Of a DNA stretch of 64,000 nt, positions 41,900 through 55,383 are shown in pieces. The stretch lies in assembly GCF_009914755.1 (NCBI RefSeq), contig NC_060933.1; one strand, given 5' to 3'. The position numbers and the translations under genes are program-made. A model generated the notes under the pieces. That model worked only from the letters and a program-made list of their open reading frames with translations, did no database searches and had not been told where the DNA came from. The DNA is from the human T2T-CHM13v2.0 reference genome, Homo sapiens. Every line of letters begins with the position of its first letter. Position 1 is the first letter of the stretch.

Positions 41900-44800
41900 T
41901 TTTTAAATTAAACTTTTTATTCTGAGATATTTCTAGATTCACAAGTAGTTTTAAGAAATAATACAGAATGATCCCATGCACTCTTTACCCAGTTCCCCCA
42001 ATGTAATATCTTGTAAAACTGTAGTACATTATCACAACCAGGATACTGACGTTGATACAGTGAAGAGCAGAACATTTCCATCACAAGAATCCCTCATGCT
42101 GTCCTTTTGTAGTCACATCTGCTTTCCTCTCTCCCCTTTCTCCCTGAGCCCTGGAAACCACTAATCTGTTCTCCATTTCTGTAATTTAGAACAACATAAT
42201 CAAGAATGTTATGTAAAGGGAGTCATAAAGTATGTAACCTTTTGGGATTGGCTATTTTCACTCAGCGTAATTCCCTGTAAATTCATCCAGTTGTTGTATG
42301 TATCAATGGTTCTTTTCTTTTTATTGCTCTTAGTATTCATGATATGGATACACCACAGTTTGTTTATACATTCATCTGTTGAAGGGCATCTGGGTTGTTT
42401 CCAGTTTTCGGCTGTGACAGATAAAGCTATTAACATTTGTGTACAGACTTTTGTTTGAACATTAGTTTTCATTCCTCTGGGATAAATGCTAAATATTGCA
42501 ACTGCTGCATTATGTGATAGTTGCGTATTTCGTTTTATAAGAAATTGCTAAACTGTTAACAAAGTGGCTATATGGTTTTACATTCCCCACAGCAGTGTGT
42601 GAGTGATCAGGTTCCTCTGCATTTTCACTAACATTTGCTATCGTCACTATTTTTTTCATTTTAGCCATTCTGATGGGCATGTAGAGACATGTCATTGTGG
42701 TTTGGATTTGCATTTACCTAATGTCTAATGATATTAAACATCTTTTCATGTGCTTCTTGTATAAAGCTGGTGTTAATGCTTCTGTAAATGGTAAAATTCT
42801 CCAGTGAAATCATCTGGGCCTGGAGGGGTTATTTTTTTTCCCTAAGAGTTTTGAAAATAACATACTCAATTTCTTTAATAGTTATAGGACTATTCAGGTT
42901 GTCTGTTTCATTTAGTTGAGTTCAGTGGTTTGCGGTTTTTGAGGAATTGTTTCTCTTCTAACTTATTGAATTTATGACCATAAAATTTTTTATAGTATTC
43001 ATTTATCCTTTTAATAGCTGTAGGATCTGTGGTGATATCCCTTGTTTCATTTCTAATATTGGTAATTTGTGTATTCTCTTTTATCTTTGTCATTGCTAGT
43101 TTAGCAACGAATCAGCTTTTTTTCACTGATTTTTCTCTGTTATTTTTCTGTGTTCAGTTTTATTGATTCTGCTTTTTTATTTATTATTTCCTTTCTTCTG
43201 CTTGCTTTTTTTGCTTCTTTTTCTAGTTTCTTAGGGGGAGGACCTCAGATTATTGGTTTGAGACCTTTAATTTTTTTCTAATATAAGCATTTAATGTTAC
43301 AAATTTTCCTAAGCCCTGCTTAGCTGCATCCTACATATTTTGATATGTTGTATTTTCATTTGTGTTACATTATTATTTATTTCTCCTTGTATTTTTTTTC
43401 ACAGTTTTTTTGGATTTCAGATTTTGTTTGACTCATGAGCTATTTAGATGTATGTTGTTTAATTTCTAAGTGTTTGGAATTTTTTTTGTTGTCCTCCTGA
43501 AATGTATTGCTAGTTTGACTCCATTATCGTTAGAGAACATACTCAGTATAATACCATTATATTCAGTATATACCAGTATAGTTTCAGTTCTTTTAAATTT
43601 GTTGAGGTTTGTTTTATGGCCCAGGATTTGGTCTATCTTGGTGAATATTCTATAGGAACCAGGAAAAAAAAGTGTGTGTGGTGCTGTTCTAGGTGGAGTG
43701 TTCTGCGTATGTCATTGGTTGGTCATTTTGTTCTTTTATATCCTTGCCAATTTTCTCTCTAGGAGTTCTATCAGTTGCTGAATGTGGGATATTGAAATCC
43801 TCAACTATAATTGTGCATTTGCCTGTTTCTCTTTTCAGCTTAATTTGACTTCATGTATCTTTCAGCTCTGCTGTTTTGGTGCTGTTTGGTGTTTTGGCAG
43901 ATTGATCTTTTTGTCATTGTGCATTGTCCCTCTTTTAACTATTAACTTTCTTTGCTCTGACATATACTTGGACTAATATTAATATAGCCAGTCTTGCTTT
44001 TTTCTTTAATAATTGCCTGGTATATCTTTTATCATCCTTTCACTCTCAGCCTAGCTTTGTCATCATATTTAAAGTGTTTTGTTTTGTTTTTTGTGGAGAG
44101 CATATTGTTTTTTCAAACTACCCTGCCAATCTTACGATTTTAAATGGTATATTTAGGCCATTATATTGAAGGTAATTATTGATATTTTTTATTTAACTTT
44201 TATCTTTTTATCTCCTATTTCTAGTTCCACTGTTTCTCTTATTCAGACATTTCTTTAGGATTCTGTATTTGTTTATGTATAGTGTTTTTTAGTGTATTGC
44301 TTTGTGTAGCTTCCTGGTGGTTGCTCTGGGTATTTACATTGTACATAGTAACTTCTCACAGTCTACTGGTATACAGGTTTACCAGTTTGAATGAAGTATA
44401 GAAATTTTACTTACATTTAAGCTTCTTTTCCTACTCCACTTTTAAGATATTATTGTCTTAGATATTTCCTCTACATGCCCTAAGCAGCATATCAGATTGT
44501 ATTGCAGTTTTCCTTTAACCATGAAATGTGATTTATGAAATGCATGAGAAATAAAATAGTATTTATATTCACCCCTATTTTAACCTATTCTGATCTTCCT
44601 CTTTCCTTTCTGTTCTAGTTCCAAGCCTTATTCTGCTTTTTTTTTTTTTCCTTATGAACTTTCTAGCCACCAATCTTTTAGGTTAAGTCTGCTGGTAACA
44701 GGTGCTCTTAGTTTTCGTTAGTCTGAGAATGTCTTATCTCCTTTCCCTTTCTGAAGGATATTTTCACTGAGTATAGAATTCTGGGTTGACAGTTCTTTTC

Positions 44801-46440
44801 TTTCAGCACTTGAAAGATAATGCCACTTTCTTCTGATATCCATGGTTTCTGATGTTTCTCTCTGTTGTTCACATTTCGTGAATGATACTGGTTCTCATCA
44901 TGCTTACTGATTCTGTCTTTTGTCTTTTCCACTGTACTGTTCAGCCCATTTGGCAAGTTTTGTATTTCAGCTATTTTTCCATTCCAAAATTTTTATTTTG
45001 CTCTTTATATCCATTTTTGTTTTGTTTGTTTTTGCTGAGACTCAATTTTTTTGTTTGTTTCAAGCATGTTTGTAATTGCTTGTTGAAACACTTTTATGAT
45101 GGCTTTGTTAAAATTCTTGTCAGGTAATTCCAACATCTGATTCATCTCAGTCTTTTCTTATTCAGGCTGCAATTTTCCTGGTTCTTGGTATAAGTGATTT
45201 TTTATTGTATCATTGTGTCTTGGACATTTTGAGTATTGTGTTATGAGACTCTGCATGTGATTTAAATCTTCCATTTTAGTACACCTCCTCTTTGACACCA
45301 TGCCAGCCAAGTAGGGGTGGAAAGCTAGGTTCTGTCTTTGGCCTCTGCTGATAGCCTGAGAGGGAAGTGCTTTACTACTGCTCCCACCTGGCGTCCCCTG
45401 ACACCATGGAGGGAGACCCTGTTATCATTGGGAAGAAAACGAAAGCTCTAGCTCTTCACTCAGTCTTCTCTGACACCACCCCAGCAAGAATCAGTGGTAG
45501 TGTCTCATTATAGCCAGGCAAGGGTAGAAGTCTAGCATCCTCATTCAGCCTTTGCTGACTAAGGTAGGGATGGGGCTGCAGATTGTTCCTTGGTGTTTGG
45601 CAGGAGTAGAGTGGTTATTGTGTCACATTTTTCTGCCTTTCAAGGCTACACCTTTCCTGGTTCTTTGGCTAAAGGGAAAAGGCTTTTCTTGGGATATATA
45701 TATATATTTTTATAGTCTGTGACTTTCGGCATTACCAACAGCTTGGGATATGTTAAGAACCCAGCTTGTGGTATCTTAAGCAAAAAAGAAAGCTAGACTT
45801 TCTTCTCACAGTTTTTTTGGATTTCAGATTTTGTGTGACTCATGAGCTATTTAAGTGTATGTTGTTTAGTTTCCAAGTGTGTGGAATTTATTTTGTTGTC
45901 CTCCTGAAATGTATTGCTAGTTTGATTCCGTTATTGTTAGAGAACATACTCAGTATAATACCATTATACTCAGTATATACCAGTATAATTTCAGTTCTTT
46001 TAAATTTGTTGAGGTTTGTTTTATGGCCCATGATTTGGTCTATCTTGGTGAATGTTCTATAGGAACCAGGAAAAAAAAAGTGTGTGTGTTGTGCTGTTCT
46101 AGGTGGTGTGTTCTGTGTATGTCATTTAAATCCTGTTGGTTGGTCAGTTTGTTCTTTTATATCCTTGCCAATTTTCTCTCCAGGAGTTCCATCAGTTGCT
46201 GAATGTGGGACTCCTTCAGCTAGGCTTTCTTTTTTGGAAAAGCCATGGAAGCTTTCTTTTTTGGAAAAGCCATTCCTTTTTTTCAGGAAAGCCATGACTC
46301 ACTGCCATGCCATTCCTTAGGCCTTGTAGTCCCTAGCCTGCCTATCTTCTCTGTACCTTTCAGAGTTTTACGTTTATTTCCTATGTAATATCCAGAGTTT
46401 TAGCTGCACTTAGTGGAAGAATAAGATGTGCATCTATTCC
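41900..46440 (-). mobile_element. Fragmented L1MD/L1MC-type element (3' UTR to 5' region, with internal deletions)
   Basis: Minus-strand ORFs 42209, 42510, 42908 (ORF2-like) and 44708 (ORF1-like: IFQVLKEKNCQPRILY). Confidence 0.8.
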
Positions 46441-46806
46441 TGAATTGAGTTTTTTAATGTATGCATTACTTTATTTAGCTAGAATGTACTAACACTTTTT
46501 AAAAATTATATTAGGAAAATCTTGCAGAAGTAGTATTTGAGTATCAAAAAAAAGTAAAAACCAGCACAAACTATTTACGTGGGCTCTAATGACCAGTTTT
46601 TTAGGGATTTTCTAGAGTGGTAGAAATAAAATTGTGCCTTAAATATTTAATTTGTGGCATATTTGTATTTTAATCACCACCTTACTTTGATGAAATTAAT
46701 GCAATATCGTACTGTTTTGGCTATAGAAACCTGGCACAGTTGAGTTATAGCACAACAGTTAGTTTTTGCTGTTCTAATGTGCTTTTTTTTTTTCTCTTTC
46801 CTCCAG

Positions 46807-46902
46807 GGCTGGTGGACTAGGCCTCAATTTTGTCGGTGCCAATGTTGTTGTATTATTTGATCCTACTTGGAATCCAGCCAATGATCTTCAAGCCATTGAC
46901 AG
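46807..46902 (+). CDS. ERCC6L2: ERCC6L2 exon 12 (96 nt): [31 protein letters not shown], motif V
   Basis: poly-T + cctccag|G acceptor, AG|gtataa donor; GGLGLN and D..WNP..D.QA motifs. Confidence 0.97.
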
Positions 46903-47840
46903 GTATAATACTGACAAAATTTAAAGTGATCTGCAAATACTTTTAATCTAAAAATACTCTTGAACTTTTAAGGTTGCTTATACTATGACTATGATTAGAA
47001 GAAAGGGGGAAACTGGTAAAAACGTACATTTAATATAATCCTGACCTTCTCAATCCAAATAACAGTCCAAAAATAGCCATTTTTCATCCATCTCAGAATC
47101 CTATTAATATGACAGAAATGACTTAAGAAGAAAGAATAAATTCCTAATACTGTAGGAAAATAGGATAGTTCTGTACTAGTAGATCAGAAGTTTTGAGAAA
47201 CTCCTGGAAGATAGAAAGCAAGTAGAATCTGTGATCAGGGTATCCGCAGAGAAATACTACAATCCAAAGTCTGCAGGAAAGAGTACAGAAATTTTAAGCA
47301 TGGGCTTGCAACTACAGTATGTGGGAGTAGACAGAGTGCATCATTCTGGGAAATTGATAATGTCCTGACTCTAATACAAATTCCCCTCTGACACCCTACT
47401 TTACAGAGAGATTGGCCGTAACAGGTACTCTTTGATTAAAGCTGAAAGAATAATTTTACACATTTTATAAACAAATGGGGAATCTGACTGTAGAAAGCTT
47501 CCTAGAATGGATGTTGGAACCAGATCATAAAGCCAGAGCCAAGCCTGAAGTACTTCCAGATCTCCCCAGGACATGAAAAAGGGAAATACACGTGTTACCT
47601 GCATGGAAACACAGACCGGCTTTCCAGTGATGCACCTAGTCGTCATTTTAATTATGAATGGGAAATGAAGAATTATGAAACATTTTAATAAAATTAACCT
47701 AGCAAGAAAGCAAAGGACAAAGGTGAAAAACAGACATTGAAGGGAATAAAATAAGAATAGGATGCCAAGGAAAAAAGTACATAAAAAAACAAATTAGTTC
47801 TTATAAATTAAAACTATTGCCAAAATAAAGTGACTCAGTA

Positions 47841-47948
47841 GAAGGTCTGGGAAAAAAAATGGAGAGGGCTAATGGAAGGATATGGAAAAAAATGAAGGTC
47901 TGAAAAAAAATGGAGAGGGCTAATGGAAAAATGGAGAAGGATATGGAA
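47841..47948. repeat. Imperfect tandem duplication, about 53-bp unit
   Basis: gaaggtctg(g)aaaaaaaatggagagggctaatggaa...ggatatggaa occurs twice. Confidence 0.85.
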
Positions 47949-48883
47949 GATAAAAGGAATGAATATTTTAAAACATAAAGTCAAGTAGCAAATAGATGTG
48001 AAATATGAGTAAAGAGAAATTGAGGAAAAATCCCAGAAATCATCATCTGTGTATTCCAGAAATAATGAACAGAGACTGGAGGACGGGAGATAATTGATGA
48101 CATGATTGGAGAAAATTGTTATTAATTTTGAAGGGGCATTTAGTATGAAGTAGGAATAATGACTGAGAGAGAAAACATACATGTTAGTAATATTTCTAAG
48201 TTTCAAAGATAAAGAGAAGGGCTAAAAGGTTCCAAAGTGAGAAACAGGGAGAGAATGATTTATAAAAACTGCAACAAAAAGGAAAAGATACATTGTTAAC
48301 AAAGAAATGAGAATCAGACTCAATTCAGCAGATCAGACTTTGAAGAACATACATTTCATCAGCATTATAGGATTCTAGAATGACAACAGAATTGTCAAAG
48401 TGAAAAAATTTATATGGCTATATGTGAAAGAAAATTATTTTGAGTTGTATTTACAATTTGTGGCTAAAATTTTAAGTCTAAAAAATTACTGGGAGTGTGG
48501 CTGATAGGCTTCATGCAGTTGTAAAGAAAGAATTCCCTGAAATATGAAGGGATGGTATGAAAAAATTAGTAACAAGAACTAAAATGTTATATAAATTTTT
48601 ATAATTGTCAGAATAAGGGTAGAGGTGGGTAAAGTTGTCTTAGAATTGTTTTTTTTTCCTCAGGAAAGGACCAGGATACCCTGGTCAGTTCTCAAATTGT
48701 ATGCCAACAAATGTTTTTAAATGCTAGCAAAAAATTTAGGGGCAACAACTAAAAGAGTGAGTTATAATAATTACCTGGTACAATTTTCAAAAACACAGAT
48801 GCTCAAACTCCACCCTGCAGGCATTCTGTTTATGTAGATGTAGAATGGGACTCAACATTCTACGTTTTAAAAAACACCCAGGT

Positions 48884-49900
48884 TGTGGATCAAAGGACAC
48901 TATCAACAGAGAAAAAAGGCAGTCTACAGAATGGGAGAAAATATTTTCAAATCACATATCTGATAAAGTATTAATATCTAGAATATAAAAAGAACTCCTA
49001 AAACTCAACAACAACAAAAAACACAACCCAATCTAACAATGCATAGGACATTTCTCCAAAGAAGGTATACAAGATATATAAGTGGCCATTAAGCACATGA
49101 AGAGATGCTCAGCATCACTAATCATTAGGGAAATGCATATCGGAACTATAGTGAGGTACAACTTCACACACGTTGGATGACTATTGTAAAAATAAAAGCA
49201 ACAACAGAAAACAAGTCCTAGTTGAGGATATGGAGAAATTAGAACCCAGAACCCTTGTGCATTGTTGATGGAAATGTCAAGTGGCACAGCTGCTGTGGAA
49301 AACAGCATGGTGGTTCCTCAAAAAATTAAACATAAAATTACCATGTTATCCAGCAATTACACTTCCACTTTGGGTATATACCAAAAAGAATTGAAAGCAG
49401 AGACTTGAAGAGATACTTGTACACTCATGTTCATAGCGCCTGTATTCACAATAGCTAAAATGTGGAAGCAACTCAAATGTCCATCGATGGATGAATGGAT
49501 AAACAAAATACAGTTTATACATAAAATGGAATACTATTCAGCCTTAAAAAGAAATGAAATTCTGATAAATGCTACAACATAGACAAACCTTGAAGACATT
49601 ATACTACATGAAATAAGCCAGATATGAAAGGACAAATATTGTATGATTCTACTTATATGAAATACCTGGAATAGTCAAATCCATAGAGATAGAAAGTAGA
49701 ATGGTGCTTATTAGGGGATAGGGAGGAATGGGGAATTATTGTGTAATGGGCATGGAATTTCAGTTTAGGATAATAAAAAAGTTGTAGCAATGGATAGTGG
49801 TGATGGCTGGAAAACTGAATTTACTTAATCCCGTTGCACTGTACTCTTAAAAATAGCTAAAATGGTAAATCGTTTTGTATGTTTTGCCACAATTAATTTT
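48884..49900 (+). mobile_element. 5'-truncated L1MB-like 3' end inserted in a MER5-type element
   Basis: L1 ORF2 end and 3' UTR; MER5-like halves at about 48780-48883 and 49900-49961. Confidence 0.78.
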
Positions 49901-49971
49901 AAAAGCCACCCACAGTGATTATGATACAATTGGTTCTCAACTCCACTTTGAAAAACACTGGATATTAGGTG

Positions 49972-51079
49972 TATCGGGGAAATTCAGCCAGATATCGGGT
50001 GAAATTCACCCCCAATATTTTACATAGGTTTTTTTCTATTTTCCCTAAGTGTCGGCCGGTCTGAGAAATAAAGAGACAGTACAAAAGAGAGAAATTTTAA
50101 AGCTGGGTGTCTGGGGGAGACATCACATGTCGGCAGGTTCCGTGATGCCCCCTGAGCTGCAAAACCAGCAAGTTTTTATTAGCGATTTTCAAAAGGGGAG
50201 GGAGTGTACGAATAGGGTGTGGGTCACAGAGATCACATCCTTCACAAGGTAATAAGATATCACAAGGCAAATGGAGGCAGGGCGAGATCACAGGACCACA
50301 GGACCGGGGCGAAATTAAAATTGCTATTGAAGTTTCGGGCATGCATTGTCATTCATAACATCTTATCAGGAGACAGGGTTTGAGAGCAGACAACTGGTCT
50401 GACCAAAATTTATTAGGTGGGAATTTCCTCGTCCTAATAAGCCTGGGAGCACTACAGGAGACTGGGGCTTATTTCATCCCTACAGTAGTGACCATAAAAG
50501 ACGGCCGCACCTGAAGCGGCCATTTCAGAGGCCTACCCTCAGGGATGCATTCTCTTTCTCAGGGATGTTCCTTGCTGAGAAAAAGAATTCAGCGATATTT
50601 CTCCCATTTGCTTTTGAAAGAAGAGAAATATGGCTCTGTTCCACCCGGCTCACTGGCAGTCAGAGTTTAAGGTTATCTCTCCTGTTCCCTGAACTTTGCT
50701 GTTATCCTGTTCTTTTTTCAAGGTGCCCAGATTTCATATTGTTTAAACACACATGCTGTACAAACAATTTGTGCAGTTAACGCAATCATCACAGGGTCCT
50801 GAGGCAACACTCATCCTCCTCAGCTTATGAAGATGATGGGATTAAGAGATTAAAGTAAAACAGGCATAGGAAATCACAAGGGTATTGACTGGGGAAGTGA
50901 TAAGTGTCCATGAAATCTTCACAATTTATGTTCAGAGATTGAAGTAAAGACAGGCGTAAGAAATTATAAAAGTGTTAATTTGGGGAACTAATAAATGTCC
51001 ATGAAATCTTCACAATTTATGTTCTTCTGCCATGGCTTCAGCCAGTCCCTCCGTTCAGGGTCCCTGACTTCCCGCAACA
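49972..51079 (-). mobile_element. MER11 solo LTR (HERV-K11/HML-8)
   Basis: Minus strand starts TGTTGCGGGAAGTCAGGGACCC, the MER11 5' end; about 1.1 kb; flanking ggtg(ta) duplication. Confidence 0.9.
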
Positions 51080-51598
51080 GGTGTAAAACTTCCAAAAGAA
51101 ATAAGAGTACCAAGAAAATGTAATTATTTTAGTACATGATAGGAAATACATAGTTGTGTTGGGAAGATGGAGGAAACTCAGAAAGCATGACCAATGAAGT
51201 GTCAGAACTAAATCCAAACATAAATATGAATATGTTGAAACTTTTTTTAGAAAGAAGGAGAAAAGTGGGGCTGGCAGAAAGGAAAAATTAGACTCAGGTT
51301 TATGCTTATTATGAAACATATATGTAAATAAAAAAGACACAGGAAGTTGAAAATAAGATAAAAAAATCAAATCAGGGAGATGGTAACAAAAATTAAGAAT
51401 GGATGGCAATGCTAATATCAAATTATTAATAGAATTCAAGACAAAAGGCATTAAGCAAAACAAAGAGGGCCACAGTCCACTAGGAAGTTGTAATAGTCAC
51501 TACATAACAAAGCCAAAACTCTTATATATGATGAGAAACAGACAAATCCACAACTATAATGGGAAACTCCATATTCCTCTCTTAAAAAATAATAAATT

Positions 51599-51935
<337 letters not shown>

Positions 51936-51980
51936 TTACTTGAATAAAAGTTATCTACCATAATTTAATAATTGTGTATA

Positions 51981-53722
51981 CAGATACATCTCATTTTATT
52001 GCACTTCACTTTATTGTGCTTCACAGATAATTGCCTTGTTTACAAATTGAAGGTTTGTAGAGATGTTGAGTCAAGCAAGTCTTCCAGCACCATTTTTCCG
52101 TGGCATATGCTCACTTGTGTCTCTGTGAGAATGTAGTTCTCACATTATTTCAGATTTTCATTATCACATCTGTGATGGTGATCTGTGATCACTGATCTTT
52201 GAAGTTACTATTGTATTTGTTTCAGGACACCATGAACCATGCCCCTATAAAAAGATGAACTTAATTGGTAGATGTGTGTGTTCTGACTGCTCTGCTTACT
52301 GGCCATTCCCCTGTCTCATTCCCTCCCTTGGGCCTCCCTCTTCCCTGAGACACAGTATTTAAATTAGGCCAATTAGTAACTCTGCAGTGGCCTTTAAGTG
52401 GTCAAGTGAAAGGAAGAGTTGCATGTCTCTCACTTTACATCGAAAGCTAAAAATGATTAAGCTTAGTGAGGAGGGCATGTTGAAAGCCAAGATGGGCCAA
52501 AAGCTAGCAGTTGGCCAAGTTGTGAATGCAAAGGAAAAGTTCTTGAAGGAAATTAAAAGTGCTACTCCAGTGAACACATGAATGACAAGAGCACCAAACA
52601 GCCTTATTGCTGATACGAAGAAAGTTTTAGTGGTCTGGATCAAAGATCAAACCAGCCACAGCATTCCATTAAACCACAGCCTAATCCAGAGCAAGTCTCT
52701 AACACACTTCAGTTCTTTGAAGGCAGAGAGACACAAGGAAGTAGCAGAAGAAAAGTTTGAAGCTGCAGGGATTGGTTCATGATGTTTAAGGAAAGCAGCC
52801 ACCTCCATAACAAAAAAGTGCAAGGTGAAGCAGCAAGTGTTGATGTAGAAAAGCTGCAGCAAGTTATCCAGAAGATCTAGCTAAGATCATTGTTGAAGGT
52901 ACCTACATTAAACAACAGACTTTCAATGAGAACAAAACAACCTTATATTGGAAGAAGATGTCATTGAGGACTGTAGTCAATAAAGAGGAGAGTTAATACC
53001 TGGCTTCAAAAGATAGGCTGACTCTCTTGTTAGAGACTAATGGAGCTGGTGACTTTAAGTTAAAGCCAGTGCTCATTTACCATTCCGAAAATCTTAGGGC
53101 CTTTAAAAGTTATGCTAACTCTACTCTGCCTGTGCTTTGTAAAATGGAACAACAAAGCCTGGATAACAGCATATCTCTTTACAGGATGGTTTACTGAATA
53201 TTTTAATCCCACTGTTGAGACCTACTGCTCAGAAAAAAAAAGATTTCTTTCCAAATATTAACTGCTTACTGACAATGCCCCTAGTCACCCAAGTGTTCTG
53301 ATGGAGATATACAAGGAGATTAATGTTGTTTATGCAGTAACACAACATCCATTCTGTAGCCCATGGATCAAGTTGTACTTTTGACTTTGAACTCTTAATA
53401 TTTAAGAAACACATTTTGTAAGGCTATAGCTGTCATATATAGTGATTTCTCTGATGGATCTGGTCAAAGTCTGTTAAAAACCTTCTGGAAAGGATTCACT
53501 ATTCTAGATACCATTTAAGAACATTTGTGATTCATGAGAAGAGGTCAAAATATCAAACAGGAGTTTGGAATAAGTTGATTCCAACCCTCATGGATGACTT
53601 TGAGGAGTTCGACTTTAGTAGAGGAAGTAATTCCAGATGTGGTGGAAATAGAGAACTAGAATTAGAAACAAAGCCTGATGATGTGACTAAATTGTTGCAA
53701 TCTCATGATAAAACTTTAATGA
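51981..53722 (+). mobile_element. Tigger1, 5' about 1.7 kb with decayed transposase; 3' end missing
   Basis: TA + cagatacatctcattttattgcac TIR; ORFs 52387 and 52582 resemble the Tigger1 transposase N-terminus ([20 protein letters not shown]). Confidence 0.9.
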
Positions 53723-53958
53723 GGTCAGGCACAGTGGCTCATGCCTGTAATCCCAACATTTTGGGAGGCCAGGGCGGGTAGATCACTTGAGGTCAGGAGT
53801 TTGAGACCAGCCTGGCCAACATGGTCAAACCCCATCTCTACTAAAATTACTAAAATTAGCCAGGTGTGGTGGCGTGTGCCTGTGGTCCCAGCTACTCAGG
53901 AGGCTGAGAATCGTTTGAACCCGGGAGGTGGAGGCTGCAGTTAGCCAAGATGGCAGCA
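53723..53958 (+). mobile_element. AluS lacking its 3' end and tail
   Basis: Ends abruptly after ttagccaagatggcagc. Confidence 0.88.
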
Positions 53959-54143
53959 TACCCAGGCAGGATGTATACCCAGAAATGACCTGAGAAGACT
54001 TTTAGCCTTCACCCCATGTTGTTCCCAAGGCTCAAGACACACCCTGCTAATTAGTGAAGGTCTTCCTTACCAGTTTGCAAAGACTTGGGGAGTTGGCTGT
54101 CTTTCCAAATGGTAGTTTTCAAGAAAAGACCACAAGACATTAG

Positions 54144-54174
<31 letters not shown>

Positions 54175-55080
54175 GAAAATGAAAATACAGCTCATTCAGA
54201 GTAACAAAATAAATCTCTAGAAACTAACTGTCCCTGAAGCAAAACAGGCATTGGAGCTACTAGACAAAGACTTTACAACAAGTGTCTTAAATACTCCAAG
54301 AGTGAAAGTAAAACACAGAGAAAGAACTAGTGAGGAAAAGGATATATGAGCAAGATGAGAGTATCAACAAAGAGATAGAAATTAAAAAAAGAAAAAAAGA
54401 GAGAGAACCAAACAAATTCTGGACACGAAATTCAATTTTGGAATTGAAAAATTCACTAGAGGAGTTCAACAGCAGACCAAAATAGGGAGAAAAAATCTGC
54501 AAACTTGAAGATAGGTTATTTAAAATTATTTAATCTGAGGAGCAAAACAAAAAGGGGAAGTGAACATATAGGACACTATCAAATGGACCCAATATGTACG
54601 TTATGGAGGCCCAGAAGAAAGGGAAAAGGACAAAAGGGTAGATTAAGAAATAATGAAAAGCTCTCCAAATTTGAGGGAAAATATGGATATACAAATACAA
54701 GAAGATCAACCAAGTCCAGATAGTATAAACCCAGTGAGATCCACACTGTGGCACATTATAATCAAACTGTCCACAAAGAGAGCATCTTGAAAGCAGCAAG
54801 AGAAAAGCAACATGTCATGTACAAGGAATTTCCATTAAGATTATCAAGTGGATTTGTCAGTAGAAACTTTGCAATCCAGAAGGCAGTGGGATAATATATT
54901 TAATGTATTGGGGGAAAAAAAAACAAACAAACTGTCAACTGAGAAACAAAGAAAAAGTGTTTACCGAGAATTTTATGTTGGGCAAAACTGCCCTTCAAAA
55001 ATGAGGGTTAAGATATTTGCAGACAGACAAAAGCTTGAGGGAGTTCATTACCACTAGACCAGCCCTGTAAGGAATCCTAT

Positions 55081-55383
55081 CCCTGGTGCAGTGGCTCACG
55101 CCTGTAATCCCAGCACTTTGGGAGGCCAAGATGGGTGGATCATGAGGTCAGGAGTTCAAGACCAGTCTGGTCAAGATGGTGAAACCCCGTCTCTACTAAA
55201 AATACAAAAATTAGCCAGGCATGGTGGCAGGCGCCTATAATCCCAGCTACTCGGGAGGCTGAGGCAGAGAATTGCTTGAACCTGGGAGACGGAGCTTGCA
55301 GTGAGCCGAGATGCCGAGATTGTGCCACTACACTCCAGCCTGGGAGACAGGGTGAGACTCCGTCTCAAAAAAAAAAAAAAAAA
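55081..55383 (+). mobile_element. AluS nested in L1
   Basis: Dimer with A-tail; TSD aatccta. Confidence 0.9.

Noticed and set aside
46218-46290. Short direct repeats resembling a CRISPR-like array
   Set aside because: Only 2-3 adjacent units without unique spacers, in a eukaryotic intron; treated as part of the duplication junction.
51038-51463. 141-aa hydrophobic minus-strand ORF
   Set aside because: Low-complexity F/L-rich translation of the reverse of A-rich L1-like sequence.
52387-53781. Possible domesticated Tigger transposase
   Set aside because: Broken by multiple stops and frameshifts; element truncated.
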